Source: a virus. From it: 64,000 bases of DNA. The stretch lies in the IMG/VR virus record IMGVR_UViG_3300025598_000020, one strand, 5' to 3'. Both the position numbers and the translations under genes were made by a program. The stretch's first letter is position 1, and the number at the start of each line of letters is the position of its first letter. Positions 31,560-37,084 of this stretch are shown here, one piece after another. Under the pieces are notes generated by a model. The model was not told the DNA's origin, searched no databases, and saw only the letters and a list, made by a program, of their open reading frames with translations.

Positions 31560-31567
31560 TATTTATA
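31560..31567 (-). promoter_or_regulatory. Late promoter TATAAATA directly upstream of tRNA(CAT)
   Basis: Exact consensus. Confidence 0.65.
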
Positions 31568-31644
31568 TGGTGCGGCTGGTGGGACTCGAACCCACAAAAC
31601 TCGGATTTTAAGTCCGATACGTATACCAATTCCATCACAACCGC
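31568..31644 (-). tRNA. tRNA-Leu(TAA), short variable loop
   Basis: TCGGA-CTTAAAA-TCCGA; 77 nt; CCA. Confidence 0.85.
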
Positions 31645-31668
31645 ATAATTAAGTGTATTCTTATATAT

Positions 31669-31744
31669 TGGTGCAACCCACAGGAATCGAACCTGTTTCC
31701 ATGGTTCTTCAGACCACCGCTATGACCACATCAGCTAGAGTTGC
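31669..31744 (-). tRNA. tRNA-Phe(GAA)
   Basis: Cloverleaf, CCA. Confidence 0.9.
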
Positions 31745-31746
31745 AT

Positions 31747-31820
31747 TGGTGCTCTCACCAGGAAACGAGCCTGGTTCTCATCCTTACCAAGGATGTGTAA
31801 TACCATTATACTATGAGAGC
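31747..31820 (-). tRNA. tRNA-Thr(GGT)
   Basis: CATCC-TTGGTAA-GGATG; variant T-loop CTCGTTT. Confidence 0.85.
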
Positions 31821-31868
31821 AGGTGACACACAATTTGTCCTTTTGTACGCCGTGTGTCGAGGCGAATT

Positions 31869-31944
31869 TGGTACCTGGTGTTGGACTCGAACCAACATCG
31901 CTCTCCTTGTAAGGGAGACGTATCACCTCTCTACGCAACCAGGC
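31869..31944 (-). tRNA. tRNA-Val(TAC)
   Basis: Cloverleaf, CCA. Confidence 0.9.
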
Positions 31945-31949
31945 AAATT

Positions 31950-32024
31950 TGGGGTGATTAATGGGTATCGATCCCATACTACGACTTTCACAGAGTCGGG
32001 TGCTTCCACTACACTATAACCACC
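31950..32024 (-). tRNA. tRNA-His(GTG)
   Basis: G-1:C73 pair, CCA. Confidence 0.9.
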
Positions 32025-32025
32025 A

Positions 32026-32143
32026 TAGAATAGGTGAGGACTTATTATCCTCGTGACGTCCGTACCCGGCTGTTCCTTTCCGGTTCACTGGTAAATTCCA
32101 GCTATACTTGGTGCGGCCTTTCGGTCCGTGCCGGACTATTCTA
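32026..32143 (-). ncRNA. Candidate structured ncRNA
   Basis: Closing stem TAGAATAG/CTATTCTA with internal hairpins including a GAAA loop; GC-rich relative to the genome. Confidence 0.55.
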
Positions 32144-32149
32144 AAGAAC

Positions 32150-32223
32150 TGGAGCGGGATACGAGAATCGAACTCGTGTCCGAACCTTGGCAAGGTCCCG
32201 TTCTACCATTTAACTAATCCCGC
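32150..32223 (-). tRNA. tRNA-Gly(GCC)
   Basis: Cloverleaf, U73, CCA. Confidence 0.92.
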
Positions 32224-32230
32224 TTTAATC

Positions 32231-32722
32231 TTACAATGCTTCTGCCATTTCTTGTTCTGCCAGAATACGTTTCAAACGGTCTGCACAGAATGATGCTGCT
32301 GGAGCATCTGGTTTAACCATTGGTGTCATGTTACAAGTGCCTTTTATATATCCAATTGCTTGTTGGACAACACAGGATGAACCATAAATGTCTTCTTTGT
32401 TCAAGTCTAAGTGAACTTCAACATGATGGTCTTCCAGAACTTCCTGGAGACTTTGGAACAATTCTGAAACCTTATATACTTCTGTCATCAAACGCATAGC
32501 AGGTTTAGATTTTTTATGGTCATAATCTAACTCACGTTCAACATAACCAAAGATTTTACAGCCATGACGGCCATCAATATGAACTACGACAGCCAAAGCA
32601 TAATCTGCATACCATACACCATCAACACGAACTCTTTCTGAATCTGCACCAAGATAAACTTTAGTATCTGGTCCTTGTTTTTTTAAGAATTCTTTTACCG
32701 CTTGAATGTCGAAATTTTTCAT
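32231..32722 (-). CDS. RNase H-like YkuK/DUF458 family protein
   Basis: YLGADS, LMTEV, EVHLD, KP.A.AAS..AD motifs. Confidence 0.8.
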   Translation of the reverse strand: MKNFDIQAVKEFLKKQGPDTKVYLGADSERVRVDGVWYADYALAVVVHIDGRHGCKIFGYVERELDYDHKKSKPAMRLMTEVYKVSELFQSLQEVLEDHHVEVHLDLNKEDIYGSSCVVQQAIGYIKGTCNMTPMVKPDAPAASFCADRLKRILAEQEMAEAL

Positions 32723-32736
32723 ATCAATCCTTAAAT

Positions 32737-32810
32737 TGGCATCCCAGGAAGGACTCGAACCCTCACAAACGATTTTGGAGACCGTTGTGCTGCCATTACA
32801 CTACTGAGAT
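32737..32810 (-). tRNA. tRNA-Trp(CCA)
   Basis: Cloverleaf, G73, CCA. Confidence 0.9.
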
Positions 32811-32811
32811 A

Positions 32812-33015
32812 TTATTTCTTTACTAATGGATTCTCCACATCATCATAGCGGAGTCCCAACTCATCCGAAATTCGAGCCAACTCATCAAGAGCCTTCTCTT
32901 GTTTCGATTTCTTATCCTTACCAAATATTGCATCCCAATTACTAGCGAACTTTTCTTGAGATACACTATATGGTCTAGGACTTGAACCTTTGCCACCGTC
33001 ACTCATATTTAACAC
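32812..33015 (-). CDS. Small hypothetical protein
   Basis: GKGSSPRP...NWDAIF motif; AAGGAG RBS. Confidence 0.65.
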   Translation of the reverse strand: MLNMSDGGKGSSPRPYSVSQEKFASNWDAIFGKDKKSKQEKALDELARISDELGLRYDDVENPLVKK

Positions 33016-33025
33016 TCCTTATAAT

Positions 33026-33101
33026 TGGCTCCCCTTCGTGGGTTCGAACCACGCTTCACGGATTAACAGTCCGCCGCCTACACCTAGTTTGCTTAAGGGG
33101 A
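33026..33101 (-). tRNA. tRNA-Asn(GTT)
   Basis: Cloverleaf, CCA. Confidence 0.9.
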
Positions 33102-33108
33102 ATAAAAA

Positions 33109-33184
33109 TGGTCTCCGTAGAGGGATTTGAACCCCCACTACCTGCTCCCAAAGCAGGGGCGCTACCAGGTTACGCTATACGGAG
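33109..33184 (-). tRNA. tRNA-Pro(TGG)
   Basis: Cloverleaf, CCA. Confidence 0.92.
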
Positions 33185-33189
33185 AAAAA

Positions 33190-33255
33190 TGGAGCAGTCA
33201 TTACGATTCCCACGTAAATGTTAGGTGGACCCTAACACGGTTACTATCCGACTGC
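33190..33255 (-). ncRNA. Non-canonical 66-nt tRNA-like RNA (Gly-like acceptor end)
   Basis: Acceptor GCAGTCG/TGACTGC + TCCA; stems TGTTAGG/CCTAACA and TTACG/CGTAA; reduced D-arm; no TTC loop. Confidence 0.7.
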
Positions 33256-33262
33256 AAAAAGA

Positions 33263-33336
33263 TGGTGCCCCATGAGAGAATCGAACTCCCGTACCCGGAT
33301 TACAAAACCGGTGTAATGCCATTATACTAATAGGGC
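33263..33336 (-). tRNA. tRNA-Thr(TGT)
   Basis: Cloverleaf, CCA. Confidence 0.9.
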
Positions 33337-33353
33337 GTATACTTATATATCTA

Positions 33354-33427
33354 TGGTGGACCGTGAGAGAATCGAACTCTCAATCTCGGCTTGCAAAGCC
33401 GATGTTATCCCATTTAACTAACAGCCC
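33354..33427 (-). tRNA. tRNA-Ala(TGC)
   Basis: G3:U70 pair, CCA. Confidence 0.93.
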
Positions 33428-33434
33428 ATAAAAT

Positions 33435-33519
33435 TGGTGGAGACGACTGGAGTCGAACCAGTAGTGCCAGAGGCGGCGGATTTACAGTCCACTGGGGTTA
33501 CCAATTTTCCTACATCTCC
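33435..33519 (-). tRNA. tRNA-Tyr(GTA)
   Basis: Long variable arm, CCA. Confidence 0.92.
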
Positions 33520-33521
33520 AA

Positions 33522-33711
33522 AATTAGGATAAGCTACTTGTTTCCACACAAGCCCTTAATTGAGCGGTTACTCTGTCCATTCCTTTTATTCTACAGTCTG
33601 TGTGCAGAGGAATACTGCCTATCAGATTCTGGATTTCTCCGCTAACGGTCTTCTGCCACCGGATCTCTATCGTTAATCAAACGCCACTTTTACGAAAGTA
33701 GTAACGGGATT
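33522..33711 (-). ncRNA. Candidate ~190-nt ncRNA between tRNA-Ile and tRNA-Tyr
   Basis: Long non-tRNA spacer, no ORF in track, several short stems. Confidence 0.4.
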
Positions 33712-33785
33712 TGGTACCCAGTAGAGGTATCGATCCTCTGATTAACGCTTATCAAGCGTTTGTTATACCATTTAACTAACCGGGT
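33712..33785 (-). tRNA. tRNA-Ile(GAT)
   Basis: Cloverleaf, CCA. Confidence 0.9.
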
Positions 33786-33790
33786 AAACT

Positions 33791-33865
33791 TGGCGGTCTA
33801 TAGGGGTAACGATCCCCTTCTTTTGGCGTGACAAGCCAACGTGCGTCCATGAACACTTACAGACC
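33791..33865 (-). tRNA. tRNA-Asp(GTC)
   Basis: Cloverleaf, G73, CCA. Confidence 0.9.
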
Positions 33866-33870
33866 TAAAT

Positions 33871-33953
33871 TGGTGCCCCAACCGAGACTCGAACTCGGAT
33901 GCCGAAGCAGTGGCTTCTAAGACCACCGTGTCTACCAATTCCACCATCGGGGC
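33871..33953 (-). tRNA. tRNA-Leu(TAG)
   Basis: Long variable arm, CCA. Confidence 0.93.
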
Positions 33954-33963
33954 AAAAAACTTT

Positions 33964-34038
33964 TGGTACGGGTGGAGAATTTCGAAATCTCGACTCTCTG
34001 GTTAAAAGCCAGATACTCTGCCTCTGAGTTACACCCGC
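33964..34038 (-). tRNA. tRNA-Lys(TTT)
   Basis: Cloverleaf, CCA. Confidence 0.9.
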
Positions 34039-34042
34039 ATAC

Positions 34043-34170
34043 TACCATTTGTTTTGCTGACGCACTATTTGCTAAGTCTCAACGGAATTGGTGGCCACAC
34101 TACCGTTTATCGACAGAGTTACTCAAGGTTGACGTTTACCTCATGGCTTACATCAGCAAAACAAATGGTA
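34043..34170 (-). ncRNA. Candidate ncRNA closed by an 18-bp perfect stem
   Basis: TACCATTTGTTTTGCTGA (34043-34060) is the reverse complement of 34153-34170. Confidence 0.6.
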
Positions 34171-34240
34171 TTCCGTACGAGGATCGAACTCGCCTGCGTA
34201 AGTTGAAAGCCTACTGACCTCACCAGAAGTCCAACGGAAT
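34166..34240 (-). tRNA. tRNA-Glu(TTC)
   Basis: Cloverleaf, CCA. Confidence 0.88.
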
Positions 34241-34258
34241 AAAAATACACTTAACTTT

Positions 34259-34345
34259 TTAAAGAACAATTGATTGATTTCTCAATTCATGGATGAATTA
34301 TAACACAACCAACAACTTTGTCAAACACTGTTGTAAAAATACAAC
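34259..34345 (-). promoter_or_regulatory. Sigma70-type promoter with upstream GTTG-N8-CAAC palindrome and downstream boxA
   Basis: TTGACA (34319-24), 16 nt, TGn-TATAAT (34297-302); TGTTCTTTAA at 34259-68. Confidence 0.8.
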
Positions 34346-34350
34346 AAACT

Positions 34351-34426
34351 TGGAGTACGTGACAGGAATCGAACCTGCATAAAACGGATTTGCAATCCGC
34401 ACCCTAACCGTTCAGGTCACACGTAC
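34351..34426 (-). tRNA. tRNA-Cys(GCA)
   Basis: U73, CCA. Confidence 0.9.
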
Positions 34427-34433
34427 ATGAATA

Positions 34434-34482
34434 TGGCCCCGTTTTTTTGTCATTCTCATTGAGGTGTACGGGAGTTCCTCAA
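34434..34482 (-). ncRNA. Candidate H-type pseudoknot RNA ending in CCA
   Basis: TTGAGG/CCTCAA stem; loop TCCCGT pairs with ACGGGG after an A7 tract. Confidence 0.5.
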
Positions 34483-34500
34483 ATCAGTTGCAACACAACT

Positions 34501-34590
34501 TGGTGGAGAGTCAGGGAGTCGAACCCTGTGACCGTATTACTACGGTCTACGGATTAGCAATCCGCTGCATTACCATCCTGCCCACTCTCC
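34501..34590 (-). tRNA. tRNA-Ser(GCT)
   Basis: Long variable arm, CCA. Confidence 0.92.
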
Positions 34591-34592
34591 AT

Positions 34593-34660
34593 ATCTCAGT
34601 TTGGATTCGAACCTTGTTCTAGTATTGTCTATCTGCGCTTCCCACAGTGCTGACCGAGAT
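34593..34660 (-). pseudogene. Degenerate tRNA-like element
   Basis: Terminal stem ATCTCGGT/ACTGAGAT and GGTTCGAATCC T-loop; no anticodon stem, no CCA. Confidence 0.55.
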
Positions 34661-34663
34661 GAC

Positions 34664-34753
34664 TGGCGGAAACGGTGAGATTCGAACTCACGGACCCTTT
34701 CGGATCGTCTGTTTTCAAGACAGGTGCAATCAACCGGACTCTGCCACGTTTCC
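34664..34753 (-). tRNA. tRNA-Ser(TGA)
   Basis: Long variable arm, G73, CCA. Confidence 0.92.
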
Positions 34754-34759
34754 AATAAA

Positions 34760-34856
34760 CCATATAGAAATACACTACCTTCACCCACTTACGATTGGCG
34801 TAACCAGCGGAAGTTAACAACCTGCTCATGTGTTGCTATAATGTATTTTTATATGG
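34760..34856 (-). ncRNA. Candidate ncRNA closed by an ~18-bp stem
   Basis: CCATATAAAAATACATTA / TAGTGTATTTCTATATGG. Confidence 0.55.
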
Positions 34857-34929
34857 CAGGGGAGATGAGATTCGAACTCATGATACTGATTTCAAAGACC
34901 AGTGCCTTAGGCCTCTAGGCGACACCCCA
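34854..34929 (-). tRNA. tRNA-Gln(TTG)
   Basis: Cloverleaf with acceptor-stem mismatches, G73, CCA. Confidence 0.85.
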
Positions 34930-35015
34930 ACATACTCAAATACACTAAAAAATATCTAATGCGTTTGAGTATGGCCACTCCTTGCGGAATGGCCAAAAAA
35001 GAATACACTTAATTT

Positions 35016-35083
35016 TTAAAGAACAAGGTTGAATTCTAACAGACACGATGGTCTTTGTCAACCGTGTGTTGTTTTTACGCAAC
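35016..35083 (-). promoter_or_regulatory. Sigma70-type promoter with GTTG-N8-CAAC palindrome and boxA, head of tRNA array
   Basis: TTGACA (35056-61), 17 nt, TAGAAT (35033-38); TGTTCTTTAA at 35016-25. Confidence 0.8.
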
Positions 35084-35090
35084 ACCAAAT

Positions 35091-35122
35091 AAAAAAACCT
35101 CAGAACTTTCGTTGTGAGGTTT
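35091..35122 (-). terminator. Intrinsic terminator (candidate attenuator)
   Basis: AAACCTCACAAC-GAAA-GTTCTGAGG followed by T7. Confidence 0.85.
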
Positions 35123-35149
35123 AGTGAAATTTAATTAGATTTTATTCTG

Positions 35150-35254
35150 TTATGTTCCACTAACCCCGTTTACATGCGCCCATGGTTGATTATCGCTACC
35201 AATAAATGGTGTGCGATACTCACATGTTAACAATGATTTGGACGTGAAAAACAA
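35150..35254 (-). CDS. Putative attenuator leader peptide, 34 aa, containing all 20 amino acids
   Basis: AAGGAG + 6 nt + TTG; MFFTSKSLLTCEYRTPFIGSDNQPWAHVNGVSGT*; 3' end complementary to terminator 5' arm. Confidence 0.75.
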   Translation of the reverse strand: MFFTSKSLLTCEYRTPFIGSDNQPWAHVNGVSGT

Positions 35255-35288
35255 AATAAACTCCTTAATATACTATTATATATGCAAC

Positions 35289-35807
35289 TTAATTTTTAGA
35301 AATTGGTTTTTTCCAATTAATCTTTCTTTTCTTCAATGGTTCTTCTGGATTTCTAAAGCCAGAAAATACTTCCCATAATCTTTCTTTATGAACAAACTTA
35401 GTTAATAGACCACTTTCCATACCGTGTGCTTCTATTTCCCAAGGATGGTCCCAATAATCCATATTATCGGAATCAATCTTTAAATCATGCCATTTACTTA
35501 ATGTTTCATTTGTATGACCATAAGCAAATTGCTTAATATGCACCATTTCATGTGCAATTGTTTCTAATATATTTGGTACTCCAATATCTGGATTAACTTC
35601 TATTAGAAACTCTCTAGGCATATTCCTAGAATTATAACCTTCAACATATGCATAACCAAATACTTGCATGTCTTTTTTGAATTTGATTACGATTGAAGTA
35701 TAATCCTGCATCTGCTTAGTTAATAAACTATCAGCATAAAACTTAGCGGCCCTATGAACATAGGGGGTAAAGTTTTTATCGGGACTTCCAACAATCTTAA
35801 TAGACAT
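35289..35807 (-). CDS. Zinc metallopeptidase-like protein (HEXXH)
   Basis: AHEMVH and PWEIEA motifs. Confidence 0.8.
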   Translation of the reverse strand: MSIKIVGSPDKNFTPYVHRAAKFYADSLLTKQMQDYTSIVIKFKKDMQVFGYAYVEGYNSRNMPREFLIEVNPDIGVPNILETIAHEMVHIKQFAYGHTNETLSKWHDLKIDSDNMDYWDHPWEIEAHGMESGLLTKFVHKERLWEVFSGFRNPEEPLKKRKINWKKPISKN

Positions 35808-35836
35808 AGATGCTCCTTAAAGAAGCCATTATACAC

Positions 35837-36316
35837 CTATTTAGAGTACTTGTCAACCTCCACACCACACTGTTGTAAAAATACAACACCTTGGTCATTT
35901 CGGTAATCTTCTTTATAGAAAACCTTACGAATTCCTGCGGTAAATATCTGTTTTGCACAGTCAATACATGGTGCATGTGTCAGAAACATTGTGGAACCAT
36001 CACCTGATTCACTGGATTTAGCCAGTTTAGCAATGGCATTTGCCTCTGCATGGATGACTTCTGGTTTGGTTGTTAACTTATAGTTTATCCACTGATTTGC
36101 TTGTTTTGGAAGCAATTGTTCACTATAATCACCATCATCACAATAGTGTTTAGTTTCACATTCATTAGTCCAACCTGGCGGCATGCCATTATAACCAATA
36201 GAAATGATTCTATCATCTTTTACAATGATAGAACCAACTTTCAATCGGACGGCAGAACTTAGTCCGGCTGTCCGACTTGCAATGTCCATGAAATAATCAA
36301 TAAACTTCTGCTTCAT
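35837..36316 (-). CDS. cd: dCMP deaminase
   Basis: HAEANA and PCIDC zinc motifs, GYNG. Confidence 0.93.
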   Translation of the reverse strand: MKQKFIDYFMDIASRTAGLSSAVRLKVGSIIVKDDRIISIGYNGMPPGWTNECETKHYCDDGDYSEQLLPKQANQWINYKLTTKPEVIHAEANAIAKLAKSSESGDGSTMFLTHAPCIDCAKQIFTAGIRKVFYKEDYRNDQGVVFLQQCGVEVDKYSK

Positions 36317-36322
36317 AATATA

Positions 36323-36397
36323 TGGTGCGACCAGTAGGATTCGAACCTACCCCGTAAGAATTATGAGTTCTCGGCACTACCTCTATGCTATAGTCGC
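36323..36397 (-). tRNA. tRNA-Met/Ile2(CAT)
   Basis: Cloverleaf, CCA; no initiator features. Confidence 0.88.
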
Positions 36398-36404
36398 TTA
36401 ATTT

Positions 36405-36536
36405 TTATTCCATCAAAACATAATCTTCTTTACTCACACCACATTCGGGGCAAGTAACAGAATCAGGTAAACTTAGATAATCTGCTTCAGACAAGGTGTG
36501 TCCACAAACGACACAAACATAAACACGTTCACCCAT
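36405..36536 (-). CDS. Rubredoxin-like protein (43 aa)
   Basis: Hand translation MGERVYVCVVCGHTLSEADYLSLPDSVTCPECGVSKEDYVLME; two CxxCG motifs; GGAGG RBS. Confidence 0.85.
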   Translation of the reverse strand: MGERVYVCVVCGHTLSEADYLSLPDSVTCPECGVSKEDYVLME

Positions 36537-36537
36537 T

Positions 36538-36987
36538 TTAGATACCTCCTAATACTTTAATATATGCTTCTGCATGGCGTTTTTCAACTTTAGCCAATGC
36601 GGCAAAACGTTTTTCTGCCTTAGCCAAGATAGCGGCAAATTGTGCGGCATGTTCTTTAGACTCAGCAATCTGCTCTTGGATTTCTTTCTGTGCTTCGGTC
36701 TTACCCTCTGCAACTGCAATGGCTTCAAACTGAGGATACATTGTAGTAAACTCATATGTTTCACCATCAATAGCAAGTTGTAAGCATTCCTTAGTGGTTC
36801 GCTTACCGACCAACAATTCCAAATGACCCCATGCATGTTTGATTTCTTGATCGGCAGTTTCTTCAAAATGTTTTGCAACATCTTCAAAGCCTTCTGCACG
36901 AGCCAACTTGGCAAAGTAACGATATTTAATATGTGCAATTGACTCACCGGCCAATGCACTTTCTAGGTTTTTCAAAGTAACTGACAT
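36538..36987 (-). CDS. Rubrerythrin-family (ferritin-like di-iron) protein
   Basis: NL..A.AGES, EIKHA, GETYE..TMYP, EKRHA. Confidence 0.92.
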   Translation of the reverse strand: MSVTLKNLESALAGESIAHIKYRYFAKLARAEGFEDVAKHFEETADQEIKHAWGHLELLVGKRTTKECLQLAIDGETYEFTTMYPQFEAIAVAEGKTEAQKEIQEQIAESKEHAAQFAAILAKAEKRFAALAKVEKRHAEAYIKVLGGI

Positions 36988-37003
36988 TATAATTCCTTTA
37001 ATT

Positions 37004-37078
37004 TGGTCCGGCGTAGAGGAATCGAACCTCTATTAATAGCTTAGAAGGCTACTGTTCTATCCGTTGAACTAACGCCAG
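37004..37078 (-). tRNA. tRNA-Arg(TCT)
   Basis: Cloverleaf, CCA. Confidence 0.92.
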
Positions 37079-37084
37079 AAGATT

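Noticed and set aside
32026-32143. Bona fide SRP RNA or hammerhead/HDV-like (theta) ribozyme
   Set aside because: The SRP internal loop is incomplete, and I could not place a CUGANGA core or HDV topology by eye.
34434-34482. Canonical preQ1-I riboswitch
   Set aside because: Ligand-binding U and C positions are not matched and there is no downstream CDS; kept only as a pseudoknot candidate.
31735-34918. Short ORF-track entries overlapping tRNA genes
   Set aside because: Incidental frames across RNA genes with no RBS or protein motifs.
31401-37078. Stop-codon reassignment or suppressor tRNAs
   Set aside because: No CTA, TTA or TCA anticodons found; core genes are full length in the standard code.
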